Origin: Chrysomallon squamiferum
Lineage: Eukaryota; Animalia; Mollusca
Length of the DNA stretch: 64,000 nt
Direction: 5' to 3'
Assembly (NCBI GenBank): GCA_012295275.1
Contig: CM022673.1
Span: 7,874,001 to 7,938,000 of the forward strand
This document shows positions 39,613-53,833 of the stretch, in pieces (position 1 is the first letter of the stretch; each line of letters starts with the position of its first letter). Under the pieces are notes generated by a model. It had not been told where the DNA came from and did not search any database. It saw nothing but the letters and a program-made list of their open reading frames with translations. A program made the position numbers and the translations under genes.

Positions 39613-39626
39613 GTAACCATGGCAAC
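39613..39626. promoter_or_regulatory. RFX X-box GTAACCATGGCAAC
   Basis: Near-consensus X-box with a perfect GGCAAC half-site. Confidence 0.6.
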
Positions 39627-39844
39627 AAGCTTACAGTGGTCTATAAAACTAAACATTCTTCACAAGTCCATTAAAGAAGGTAGTACAACTTATAGTTCTA
39701 AGTTTACAAGATCAACAATTAGTAGTAACAGTAAATAAATATGTGTCATACAAAAAAAAAGGTAAACAATATCAGATACCAACCTGAATCTGCAGCAAAA
39801 AAAAAAAACTAGGTGTGGTCTTAGACTGGCTGTGCGTCTCAGCC

Positions 39845-39860
39845 GGTTGCCATGGCAACC
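39845..39860. promoter_or_regulatory. Perfect RFX X-box palindrome GGTTGCCATGGCAACC
   Basis: 16-bp perfect palindrome containing consensus GTTGCCATGGCAAC, in a CpG-bearing island. Confidence 0.75.
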
Positions 39861-39901
39861 TGTTACACTTCTGTCGAAAGTTTTGTTGTCACAATTTCCA
39901 T

Positions 39902-39940
<39 letters not shown>

Positions 39941-42519
39941 AGAGGGAAGTCTGTCCCTGGGCTGCAAATTACTTTCCAGAAATAAACAAAATAACAAAGT
40001 AACAAAGCAAAGAAGTAACTGGAAGGGAAAAATGGTATCTTGTTTTGTGTGCAGAGATCACGAACAGTGCTGGTAATCTGAGGTGCAGATATCTGAAATC
40101 TGTCATGCACATGTCTCCGGTTGATTAATTAGTTTTTGATATAAATGTACATATAAACATGTGTGTAATATGACAAGTATTACATACTGTCTAATCAACA
40201 GGACCCCCTCACAGAAAATAAATACCTGCATGTCATTATGCCCACTTTCAGACTATTATGTAAGTAAAATTACTTATCATGCATATAAAGTATACATAAG
40301 GACTTAATTAGGAGATGTCATTTGACATGGTGTATATTGTGAAGGCAAATGACTGAATTTACGAATGGTGTTTTTGTCTTAGAGTTTTGTTAACAACGTA
40401 TATTTAAAATGTTTAACATCTGTGATCTGAAAATACTGCCCCTCAGTTTCTGAGATGTAGAGGGTTTTTTTTGTGTTTTTTTTCATTGTCAGTCATTTGT
40501 TGTTGATTAATATTATATTAGTCTGTTTTTGTTACTGTTGTTTTTAAATTTCATTTTTCACAATGTTTCTGATTCCAATACACAACCAACAGAAAATTTA
40601 TGCAAGCATGCATGCATCCACACACATTTACACACCAAAACACACACACACACACACACAAACACAAACAACACACACGCACTCACATATACGCATTTTC
40701 TCCCTGCCCACACACACACACACACACACACACACAAATGTAATTATAACAATAATCAGTCATCATCATAAGGCCTTGTAAATTGAAACAAAGGCATTGT
40801 ATTCATAGTTTAACAGAAGATTGTAACAATAACCAGGTCAATATCTCCTTCTAAGATAAACTATTCCAAGATGTCCTTCTATCTTTTGTCTGTGATGTAG
40901 GCTATATATGAAGGAGCTTATTACAATGTTAAAAGAAGAGTAAATTAAAACAATCTTTTTAAAAAAAAGTCTGTAAAAAAAACATAGGTAGGTAAATATC
41001 AAGATATGCAATATGTTTTATATCAAAACAAGTCAACTGTTAAAGTACTACTTCTAAATCTCTTCAACTAATATTGATTTAGTCTTCAGATAATTACTGT
41101 TTGTAAATTAGTGAACATTTTCTAAATCTGATTGATGGCAGTCCTGCTTTGCATTTGTTCAAAATGCCATCATGATGTATGATTAGTTTGTGTAATTTCC
41201 TAACAGTGACTGTAATAATTAACATTGAAAAAAAAATATCAAGAAATACTTTTTCAGAGATAAAATAGAAATAGTAAATTAAAAAAAAAAAAAAACAACA
41301 ACAGATTTGATTTATGTATCATTCTTCTTACTGTACTTTAAAATGATTTCAAATCAGGAATACATAACCTAAGCAGACTCTGTCTGTAAAGACTCTTTGC
41401 ACTCAAAAACAATATAAACTGTAATTAAATATAAAACTGGGAAATAGCATATTATTCATCACATGAGTACCCAACAACTACGTTGTGGCTAGTAACAAAA
41501 CTTTAGTCTTATTTCTTGTTGTTATATACCATTTTCATATATAATGCAGTATAAATGATATTTTTATGTAACTGGCAAGATTTAGAATTTATCTACCAAA
41601 TCTCTTCACCAAAACCTTTATATATAAAAAAAAAGTGTTTTTATAATTTACCCATGGGACATATAAATTTATTTTATATACAAAAACAAAAACTGTCATA
41701 CAGACTAACCTATGTATTATTGGGTTACTCTTACAGTAGAAGTCAAAAAAAAAAAAAATTTAAAGAAAGATTCAATACTCCTACAAATGTGTAAATAATC
41801 ATGCCAGATTTAAAAAAAAAAAAAAAAAAAAAAAAATAAAAAAATATTTCAGAAAAAGAAATGAATGATAATTATGTGTGCATCGATGTGAACAATAACT
41901 ATTAGTAAAATTCCTTACAATACAGAAAAAATTACATACCGTATTTTTTGTTTAAACTAAATATAAAAAAGTCTAAAACCACATAAACTAATCTAATACT
42001 GAAGTGTGCTGTACTTCAAAGAGATTTGATAAACAATTATTTATTACACAGCAAGATAAAATAACAATAAATTAAATTAATTAAAGCTCTTTTTTTTATA
42101 TATAAGAAACAAAATAGCTCAGCTGCAGATTTGGAACTGTTATTAAAATCATATATATACGTAACAAGGACAATGCATACCACACAGTTTACAGTTACAA
42201 AATATTATGCAAACTCTTCCATTACTGGGCCATGTTAACATCCAGAGCTTTAATTTGCACTATGTAAAGAATCATTCATCATAAAAACAGAAGTAAAAGT
42301 ATTGAACTTTTTTTTTTTAAATAAAAATGGCTATAAACAAAATGGCATAGTCTGAAGTTTTGGGATTGCCTCTTGAAAGGGAGTCATCCCAAGCTTTGCT
42401 AATGTGTTTCTGTTTTCTTTCAAGTTCTGATGCACCAAGCTTTATTGATTCAGCTCCACAAACAGTTAACTGCACTTGTCAGTGACTTTTAAAAAAGCCA
42501 GCAATTAGAGTTATCAATA

Positions 42520-42765
42520 TGAATTATCTGGGTAAGAGCTGGGAAGGGTCTGTGAATTATCTGGGGTAAGGGGTTAGTGAGGCTGGATGAATTATCCAGG
42601 GTACGGGGTTAGGGCAGGCTGGGTAATTATCAGAGGTAAAAGCTCAAGGAATGATGGGTGAATTATCAATGGAGTCAGGGGTAGATACATAAGTGGGTTA
42701 GGAGCTGTGGGTGAATTTTCAGTGGGTCAAGATGGACAGAGAATATGGGTGAATTAATAATGGAA
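42520..42765 (+). repeat. Degenerate G-rich minisatellite (tgaattatc core, mostly ~33-38-bp spacing) with a G-quadruplex motif
   Basis: Seven (g)tgaatt(a/t)tc-like cores; GGGTACGGGGTTAGGGCAGGCTGGG at 42599-42623. Confidence 0.75.
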
Positions 42766-44195
42766 GCTAAAATGTTGGAAAGATTGCTAAATTATTTTAT
42801 ATTCTGTATGTCTTTTAGCTAACAAGCAAAGACAAAATAAGCAATAGAAACAAAATATGAAATGACATCAAGAGCAGTGACAGTAATAACAAATTTTGTT
42901 TTAAGTAAAAGAAAAAGGCTTGAAACATGAATAAACTGAAACAGTCTTTCTGAATGTTTTGTTGGCAGTGTGGATACATTTTAATTATTATTAACACATT
43001 GCTCCCTCTGTTAATTGAAATTGTACAGATGTACTTTAGTAATAACATTAAAAAAAAAATTAACAGCATCCTGGCATTCCATAAAGATTTTGTTAACCAT
43101 TCAGAATATTTGAAACAGTCTATTTAAATATATAATACACAGGTACATTGTAAAATATTTTAAAACAAATGGTATTTTCTTAGTGGACAGTTTTGAATTA
43201 TTATTGAAAAAGTCAGTTTAAATATGCATTGTGGATAATATAATGGATTTAAAATTTTAATAATTAATATACAATGAAATATAAAATGAAATAGTCTATT
43301 TAAAAATATATATATACAGTAGACGTAACAATGAATTTGAAATTTTAATAACATCCTGTTTTATATAAATAAAACATGTGCTGTAGAAGTTACAATGAAT
43401 TTTATATTTAAAAAATAATAATCTATTTAACATGAAATGAATGTCTATTTTAATGACATGATTATTGATGATCTGGTACTTAGTCAATTTTTTAACACTG
43501 ACTAAAATAATGTTTAAATATTTGGAATTCATAACACAGACAAAAATAGGTGAAAAAACGTAATTAACATGTAGATCCTTTTACAACACTAGCATGACAG
43601 AAGTGTAAGGGAGGGTAAACATTTAGCTGTCTTGTATAAACACTGGAATTCAATTAAAATGGGTCATGGAAATGCATTCACCTGTTTTGCTTACTACTGT
43701 TACAATGAAATAGAGCTGGTACACATGTCAGCTCATAGACAGAACAGAGTTTTAAAATATTGATCCTTGAAGTGATATAATCATACATATATTACATATT
43801 TAAGTCAATTATATACATACATATATGTACACACACACACACACACACTTATGCATGCATATATACACAACTATTTACATACACACACACACACATGCAC
43901 ACACGCTCATACACACAAACACACATCCACATTCACATAAATTCATGGGCACGTTAAGTTATTGTTCATTACTGTAATAGTTATTATTGCTATTGTTGAT
44001 ATTTTTATTATTCTTATTGTCACTGTTATTATTACATTGGATATATAGAGATTTTTTTGTAACGGTTTGTCCTTATAGTGTTTCTAGAATTCATTTTTTT
44101 TAAAAAAAAAAAAAAGAATGAAAACATTTATACAAATCTATATAAAAAAGAAATACCAGCTGTTCACATTCAATGTACTTCCACTGTATATAACC

Positions 44196-44250
<55 letters not shown>

Positions 44251-45067
44251 TGTCAGTTTTTTTTTTTTTTTTTTAACTGAGTCTAACAGTACTTAAAAAC
44301 AAATAAAGAAAGCTGTATATCAAATATAAATGTATCTTTATGTTTACATTTAAATTTTCATATATTCCAAAATCAAAAACAGTTCTGAAATCCAACCTTG
44401 AACCTGTACATACAATATTTATGTGAAACTGGAGAAATATTCCCCAAAGTTCCTTTCAGCCTGTGACAAGTCAGTCTATCACATAAGATTAAACAGGTGC
44501 ATAACATTTAAAACAACACCAGTTTTTGCTAAATGTTTAATTGATTGAACATCTGTATAGTTCATTCTTCAGATATCAGACTATTACATAATATTGCATT
44601 ATAATCTGTATGTGTAAACATAAAATATTTCTCAAGTTACACATTTAAGAACTATTCTTTACTTGAATGAACTTAGCTAGAGCTGTTTCTGTATGTTATC
44701 AAATTGTAACTTGAACGTAAAATAAAATACTCAGACAAAAATTGTATTAAATATTTAATTTTTTTCTCTGTTTTCTTTTATATTAAATGAAACAATTAGT
44801 TTTGTTAAATTAAACATTTGATGCAGTATGTGATGTAGGAATGTATTTTGGTAATTGATGTTATCTATGATTCGGTTTGTATGAAATTAAACAATCAAAT
44901 GTTAAATAAATTAAATCTGCATGTCAGAGTACCCATGAAATCATTTAGATAAAACAGTATATCTAATTCGACATTTTTAGTGCCTTAAAATGAGACCATA
45001 AATTAAATTGCAAAATAATAAATAATAATAGCAATAACAACAATAATAATTATAACCATAATAATAA

Positions 45068-45079
45068 ACATGACAGCAA

Positions 45080-45111
<32 letters not shown>

Positions 45112-45200
45112 CTTTATCATCAAAGTTCATAACAGCAAAAATGATAATAATAATAATAATAATAATAAATACTTTATCATCAATGTTCATGACAGCATAA
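45068..45200. repeat. 60-bp tandem duplication containing (AAT)n
   Basis: cat(g/a)acagcaaaa..(aat)n..aaatactttatcatcaa occurs twice. Confidence 0.8.
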
Positions 45201-46225
45201 TGAAAGTCAGTGATCAGCAGTGTAAACAGTAATTACATGTATTTGGTTGCTGTGCTGCAGTTTTGCTAAGGGACATGATGCAGCAAGGATGGGACTTAGG
45301 ACATCTCCCTGAGGAACCCCACCATTGAAGTGAAACATATTGGCAGATGTTCTGTTAGAAGACACTGTAATTATTACACTTACAGTGGAATGAGTTAATC
45401 CTTAGATCTTCAGTATATGTTAAATAGGCTTATGACAGTTTTTGTTGTTCTGCTGAATTATTGTAGAAACAAATTCTGTGTATTTACGGTAGTGTTTTTA
45501 TTTCTTGTAATATTATTCTGTTGTTTATTTTATTTATTTATTTATTTTTTAATTTTTTTTGGTTTTGTTTCTTGTTTCAGACTTCATATTCATATCCTTT
45601 CATTGTGGGGGTGAAATTACTTTTTGTTTATTTATTTATTTATTTTGTTTCTTTGTTCCTTATACCTTCAGTGTAATAACTAAAATGCCAGTAAAATTTC
45701 TACCAAATGACACTTTGACATTATTTGACATACAGGTACACACAGAAACACAGAGACACACAGGTACAAATACACATACACCCATATAAACACATATCAA
45801 CCATGTACAACTAAAGCTTTACTGTTATTTACTAGGCTTTTCTTCTTTTTCTTTTTTTTTTCATCTGTTTTGGTCTCATTGGTGTAAAAAGTCTGCATAA
45901 CAGTGGAATTAAGGGACTTGGCTTGTCATAACTGTTTAAAACAGATGAAGTGAATTACGTTTTTCTGTTACCAGCATCCATTGCCAGAACTGACTGAATG
46001 AAAACTGTGAACTTCTAACCATCATCAAATAGTTCAACCAGTTAAGTTTATATCAGGCCATCCATCTTTTAATACTACAAACTGATGTACATTAATACTG
46101 ATTTAGATTAGAACATTTTAATATCACATAACTAATGTAAAGAACATTATGCATCAAAACTAAGATTTAAAATTGAGATTATCCGTGATTTTCTTTCCTA
46201 GTCATGTTATCTCACAGTCTGAAAT

Positions 46226-46360
46226 TTTTTGTTTAGTATATTTTCTTAACCAGTCAACAAATGTAAAAGAAAAATATTTTTGTTTAGTATATTTTCTTAA
46301 CCAGTCAACAAATGTAAAAGAAAAATATTTTTGTTTAGCATATTTTATTCCCAGTTAACA
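46226..46360. repeat. 51-bp tandem repeat, ~2.5 copies plus degenerate copies to ~46480
   Basis: tttgtttag recurs with period 51 (gtttag at 46231, 46282, 46333). Confidence 0.9.
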
Positions 46361-48050
46361 AAACTTCGAAGCTTAAACTGTTTTGTTCAACTTATTTCAT
46401 TCCCATTCAACAAACTTCAGCTTGAACTGTTATGTGCAGTATATTTCTTTTCCAGTAAACATTTTTTGTTTACAGCCAGTTAATTTAAAAACAATCTTAT
46501 TTTCACAGTAATTAACATTTAGAAATATTGTTACTGCACAGTAAAAAAAAAACATGTACATGTTTTAATAATAACCATGACAGTCATGTTCAGTGATTCA
46601 AATTTTTGGCTCATATTTTTACATGAATAATTAAACAAGATCCTGTCTTTGAAACCTTGATTTAAAGATACATTGCTGAATGCATATGTACTTAGTAGAA
46701 TGGATGGACAGATGGATGGATGAGTGGAGAGATGGGCAGATGAACAGTTTGAGAGGAATACAGATGGATGAATGGACAGATATGTCAGTGGGTGGATGGA
46801 TGAATGAATCAATGGAGAAGTGGATGGACAGAAAACATGAATGGACAGAAGGATGAACAGAAACCTATTATTAAATTAAACACCTTCTATCTGACTCATT
46901 GTTTAAATAACGAACTGATTACTTTAACACTTTTTTTTTCAATTCAGGATGGTAATTTGTAGTTCAGTAAACCCACCATATTAGTTATTTATTATTCTGT
47001 TTAACTTCTCTTTCTCTTGAACCCAAAAGAGAATCAATAACAAGAATGAAAAAAAAAAAAAAAACAACAACAGTACAAATATATTATTTCCAATTCAGTA
47101 AACAAAAACATCAATACATTTAATGCATTCTTTCATTACATATGTAGATGATGCTTCAGTCATGGGACACAGATCTATTTTCAGGTCTAACAAATAAAAA
47201 ATAAAAAAATTTAAAAACTCGATGAAAACAAAAGCCCTGGAGTTGTGTTTTGTCATGTGTTGAAAATTAGCCAAGCTAGCTTATAGGAATTCCCACCTGA
47301 TTATGTGATTGAAGCCATAATTAAAAATACATTCAAACCCCGGAGAATTGGAAAACAAATCTTTTGCTTTACCTTGAAAAAAAAATTCTTTGTTTAAGAT
47401 AAATATGTTTACTAAAAAAAAAAGAAAAGAATGTAAAATAAATAAATAATGTAAAAAAAAAAAAAAAAAAAAATATTTTTAAAATTTTATTATGTTGATA
47501 ACTGTATCATTAATTTGCTGCAACTCAATAAAACCACATTATAAAATTTTTAATGTTTCTTTTATAAATTGAAAAAAAAAAAAAACTGATAAGATGAAGA
47601 TTAACAAGATGATCATCAACATCAAAAATGTGGCTGTGTTGGTCAAGAAAATGTAATAATAAATATAAAAATGTAACAAAAATTTATAAAATAAAGAAAA
47701 ACAGAATAAAATACAATAACATAAAATAGTAGTAAAACAAAAAATAAAACAAAAACAAAATAAAATAAAAATAGTACAAAATAGAATAAAAAAAAATAAA
47801 ACCATAAACAAAATGGGATTAAAACAAAAATGTAATAAAATAATGCAAATTAAATCACATCAAATCAAATCAAATCAAATTATTTTATTTTATTTTATTT
47901 TATTAACTGAAATAAAATAAAACATTCTACTGAAGACAAATGAAGAACTTGTCATTTTGTTTTTTAAAACATAATTCCATTTCAACTGATTCTAGAACAG
48001 AATTCTCTTGAACAGACAATCTAGAAAAACACACTTAAATCTAAAACAAA

Positions 48051-48360
48051 TTTCAGATGATAAAAAGGGAACTATTTCAATGTTAAACAAATTAATGGTA
48101 CATAGCATATTTCAGATGATAAAAAGGGAACAATTTCAGTGTTAAACAAGTCAGTGGTACACAGCAAGTTTCAGATGATAAAAAGGGAACAATTTCAGTG
48201 TTAAACAAGTCAGTGGTAACAGCAAGTTTCAGATGATAAAAAGGGAACTATTTCAAATGATAAAAAGGGAACAATTTCAATATTAAACAAGTCGGTGGTA
48301 AACAGCATATTTCAGATGATAAAATGGGAACTATTTCAGGGTTAAACAAGTCAGTGGTAG
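48051..48360. repeat. Minisatellite, ~59-bp unit, ~5 copies plus one truncated copy
   Basis: tttcagatgataaaa(a/t)gggaac recurs at 48051, 48110, 48169, 48227, ~48250 (variant) and 48310. Confidence 0.92.
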
Positions 48361-49744
48361 ATACTGAATGAATTCCCAAACACTGCCAACTTCATCTTTA
48401 TCTTCGAATTTTTACATTCAGCCAATTCAAAAATAGCAACAAAACAGAGTTCTCCAACTACAAAGACTAGCATGACCCAACACGCTCAAGTCATTCAGAA
48501 TAACATTTCTTTTTCTTTAACGTTTATTTTTAAAATGTTTAGATTAACATGCCCCAAAATAATTTCACCTCTGAAAATATTCTCAAAGGATATAATTAAT
48601 TTTCTTACTTTTTGCTGCTTCGAGTGTATTTATTAATTAATGTATGCTATTTATTTGAGCAGTGATGAACTGTTGAATATACATTTCATACAAAAAATAA
48701 TAAAAAATAAAATAAAATTAATAACAGTAATAATAATGATGATCAGAAAAATAATACTAATAATGGCAGTAATAATAACTTGACATCTTTCATTGAATTA
48801 AGCCCATTCCTTAGTGTTCTGTTCATAGGCTTAATGGTAATTACAAATTTCAAATATTCAATGATCATTCTGATTCTGTCTACCAAATCATTTGAGATTT
48901 CTACTGTTGTTAATAGTGATGTTTTGACGATTTTTCTACATCTATTTCATTCCAACCATTTTTATTTTTTTTTTATTTTTTTTTTTTAAAACTAGAATGA
49001 TCTTTAGAAAATATAATTTTTAGCTGAAAGCAGTGGAATATAGATATCGCAGAAAGAAATCCTACTGATTCAGACACTCTTCTTACTCTTTCAAGGATCA
49101 TTCAAAGAAGAGAAAAGCATTAAAATTCCAGAAACATTCTTCTTTCCTAACATTCCTTTATTCCTTTGTGTCATTCCTTCTTTCAGTCTGTTTCAATATT
49201 TTTCCTTTGTTTATCTCTTCTTCTCTTTTTTTTTTTTTTACCTTTTTTTTTCTTCTTTTTTTTCATTCTTTCTTTTTCAATGCACATGCACACATGATGA
49301 ACACAACCAAATTAGTTTATTTCATAGATGATGGGTATATTGGGTAAACAAGACCTCGCATAATCAGCTGATCTTTGTGGTTCACTGAAGAGGATACCAG
49401 AAAGTGCCACAATATAGGTAAATCTAGCATGACCCGTCTGCACCATATATCCACAAGACAGGTATTTATGGAACAATAATGACTTAACCAGGGCATTCCT
49501 AGGCAGATTAGTATGTGCAAGAGTTTCTAAATACTTTTAAGTTTTCTTGAAGGGTGCCGTAGAAGAACAGGTACCATTCAGTTTAAAACATTTACTCAAA
49601 AAGTAAATGGAAGTCTGACAACAGGAAATATTAAGTTGAAAGGAAAGTAATTATATTTCTAAGTTATTTCCCCATTTTACTTCGTTACCATGAATTGCAG
49701 TTCTTTCTCTGAACATGTGCAAGTTCTAAAGTTAAAAAGAAATG

Positions 49745-49790
<46 letters not shown>

Positions 49791-51718
49791 AAGATGAAAG
49801 AAAAAAAAAAAAAGAATGATAATAAAAAGAAAATGAGAGAAAAAAGAAAATGTAGAGGGAACAAAGGTAACTGAAAAAATAACTTGTTTTCTCCTTTCTA
49901 TTTTCTTTCTGTATTATTATTATTTTTATTTATTTTTATTTATCTTTTAATTAGTTATATATATTATTATATGAAAATTATTTTTAGACAAAATTTTATG
50001 GCAATGAAAAGACATTAGAAAATATACAAACTCAACTATACAGGCATACATGTAAATATATACATACTTGCCTGACTGCATACATATACACATACATACT
50101 TACACATAAATATGGACACATATTCAACATGCCTACCTTAACATGCACACCACATGCACAAATAAAACAGAAAAACACAACACACATAAACAAATTCCCA
50201 TAAAAAAAAAAAAACTAAACATTTTTTTGGATTTTTTTTTTTTTTATGTCCAAATGCTATTTCAAATTAACAGTTTAGTTATAATGGCATGGAAATGTGC
50301 AGAAGAAGGTTCTGCTGTTAACCAAAGCTCACCAGAAAAACTAGGATAGGCAGGATATTTACGTAAGGCCTTGATTTTAAACACTGAAAGAGTTGTAATC
50401 TGCCTGCATGAAATAACTGAAGTATGTTTACACAGTGCTGTGATTAAAACAGTTGTAGACTACATGTGGATGGGGGCTTCAAGTGTATTTATGTGCATAT
50501 ATATGCATGTGTGTGCATGTGTCTTGTGTGCATATGTCTTGTGTGTGTGTGTGTGTGTGTGTTATGTATGTAGATATATTGTGCATATATTTTAATATAT
50601 CATTTTGTAAACACTGTTTGATCTATGCACGTGTGTGTGTGAATGTGTGTATGTGAGATACATGTATATTCATTGAACATATATTTTAATATGCATGTTG
50701 TAAACTAGCACTGTATGCATGAATGCACATGACTGTGTGGGTGTTGGGGGTGCGCATGCATGTTAGAGAACACAGGAAGGTTTATGAGAACATTTCATGG
50801 CAAACTCATTAAATATATTTTCAACAAGATTCAATTATAAATATTTTAAAAATATGTATTAAATAAACAATAACATCTTTTGTTCTTTTTAGTAAAAGTT
50901 ATAAATTCATATGTACTGAATAATAATAATAAACTGAATTATTTTAATATATTTACAATCATCAGCGTTGAGTAAAAAAATAAGCTCACAAATGTAAAAT
51001 TGGAAGATTAAAAAAAAACCATCAGAGCTTTTATCTTTTTCCTTTTTCACATGTAAAAGTGCAGATCATATTGATATTTTTCCCCTTATTATCTTTTTTT
51101 TTTTTTTTTTTTTTTTTTTTTCTTTTTCTGTTTTTTTTTTAACAAACTCCATTTTTGTAAATAAATCCATAATCACTGTGATGATGTCATCTAAACACTG
51201 GCTGACATTTACAGGATGGATTGATTTCATAAGGAACTATTTCTGTCACATCCTGATTTAATTTTAGCAGAGCCATTAGCAGCTGCCATCAATATCAGCT
51301 GTCCTTCTTGTTAGTGACAACGAATTACCGAGCTTATTTAGCATGCACAACAGCAAAAGGTGGTAATTATTCGAGTAAAACTATATATATTTGCATTTCC
51401 GTATCACAGTAATGTATCAGTGGGTGGCGTTAATGATCGTGTGCATCAAGAAATTATCTTGTTTGTGACTTCTTTTTAGACAGATGAACCAAAATATGGG
51501 TAGTAATTATTATTACATAATGTCTGTTGCTGGGATTTGGAAGAGGTGTGGTTTTGTATTTGTGTTTGTTTTCACAGTGTGACAATTCAGTTGGTTTTAT
51601 ACAAGCAAGCATTTTATGCTGATTGGCTGTTGGAGGTTTTGTGGGGTTTTTCTCATTGTTGTTTTGAGTGTTTGGTAGTCTTGGGTGGTTTTTTTATATA
51701 TATATCAGTGTTTGTGTC

Positions 51719-51767
<49 letters not shown>

Positions 51768-53775
51768 ATGTCTGTGTGCTCATTTGTGTATATTTATATG
51801 TTTATCATATTGTGTATGTGAATGTGCACACATATAAGCGTGTGTTTTCAAATTAGATGTTCAACACATAAAAACCAGTAAAAAAAAAAAAAAGTGAAAT
51901 GACAAAAACATTATAAACAAAAGTATCCTTACTAATCTATTTATAATGTCAACCTAACACAAAGACTGATGGAAAAGACTTTCTTTTCTTTTTGCAACTG
52001 ATAATAAAGACAATATTTACAGGTACATAATTTCCATTACAATGGTTTTTCTGCACAGTTTCCTACAAACAGAACAAACATGTCTACAACTAAACAATCT
52101 GGTTAGAGACAGGAATGATCAAAATGAACATTTTTGTTTTCAACAGCACTCTGTTATGTTTCAATGTCAACAGCTATTAGATGTCAAACATATGTTGTTG
52201 TTTTTTTATATATATATATTTACAAAAATATGGAGAAAGAAAATCCATCAATACCACACAAAGAGCTACATGTCTTTAGCAGTTCTGAATATGTTGTATG
52301 TGTCTTCCCAAAGAAAGGAAAATATTTATCACAGATTTTTTTTTTTTTTTAAACCAATATGGGAAAAACATGGCTGAAAAAGGGAGTGGCTAAAAGTTAG
52401 TGGTTAGAATGGGAAAAAGATAAAACAGTTATGAAAAAATATATATTTAAAATTCAAGCTAAGTAACCTACCATAGCCATTACGTTTTCATATTTTCCTA
52501 GCAGAAGAAATATATCTTTTGAATATATTTTCCAGCTGCCTTGTATCAGATGACCATTTATGATGTAATCCATATATTTAAAAAGTAGACCAAAGAAAAA
52601 AATAATAGTTTCAAAATATAGTAATACTAGTAAGCACTGGGTTTTTTTTTTTTTTTGGGGGGGCTTTTCTTTAAGTTACCCAGTTATTTTTGAACTCTGT
52701 TGTGATCATAAATTCCTGTACAATAGTTTATACAGTGTAACTGCTTTTAAAAAATCAAAATAAATTTAAAAATTTTAAAAAGTGTAAGAAGAAACTTTTT
52801 TTGTTCCAACCATGTCTCCAAGCTGTCAGTATGCTTTTCTGTTTCTCTCTGTATGGGTGTGTGTGTGTGTTATATATATATAGATATATGTAAAAGAGTT
52901 CTAGTTGGAATTGTCCATAGAATGGCAAGAAAAGCTTGCAAATAATAAAAATTAAAAGGCACACTGGTAACAACAGAAACAAGTTTATTAAATTAATAAT
53001 ATCAAGGGAGATAATTTCAAGATACGTAAATATTTCCAGAAGCATTATTATTGTTTTTTGCTGTTGCTGTAGTTGTTTTCCCTATTAATTATAGTATGAT
53101 TAGACACATTTGTACAAGTATTCTCCAGTACTATTCTAAAATTAGCTTCATTTAAAAATAAGGGAGATAACAAGTTACATAAAAAAATATAAATTGTCAT
53201 ACACATTTTAAGCTACCATTCATGCTGTTAATATATGCACTGATTAATTAATTTATAAATTGACTTTTTTAACTGAATATTTATAATTACTATTACAAAT
53301 ATCAGCCCCATTTTATAACAAGGGAGACAACTCAGATTTAAATACGTGTGTGATCAGAGATACATTGATACCGACGTGTCCCAGATCTTTAAATCGTTTT
53401 TCCATCAGCCATATTGATCAAAAAGTCCATACTTCTAATCCCTTCAATTTGGACGTCAGAAGAAATAGACCAAATATCGACGTTTAACAATCGACCAGAA
53501 TGCTAAGCAGTACTTTCTGTGGACTGAAAACATACTGAAACAGTGTCAGTGATGATCAATGGAAGCCAATAACGACTCGGGTTGTTGTGATTACGCTGCA
53601 ACCATTTTCTGCTGCACCAACATAAATTATTACCTCGGTGTTAGTTTCATCTTCCTCTTTTTTTTTTTTTTCTCTTTTTTTTTATTCATTTCCTTCTTCT
53701 TTTTTTTCTAAATTAACTTCAGTGTATCTATTTGGAGTGCAAAACTAGGTACTTTTCAAGATGCTGTAAACTTAC

Positions 53776-53833
53776 AGACTTCGAGGTTCTTCCTTAAATT
53801 CAGAAAACATTTTGCAGCAGTGGTGATATACAT
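53776..53833 (-). CDS. Candidate alternative coding first exon, MYITTAAKCFLNLRKNLEV plus a phase-1 base
   Basis: Start context CAAAAATG, 19 open codons plus 1 nt, donor GTAAGT at 53775. A phase-2 frame (MNIIFKNVYHHCCKMFSEFKEEPRS) is also open. Confidence 0.35.

Noticed and set aside
42520-42765. Repeat-spacer pattern superficially like a CRISPR array
   Set aside because: The core is only ~9 bp, the spacers resemble each other, the context is eukaryotic and there are no cas genes.
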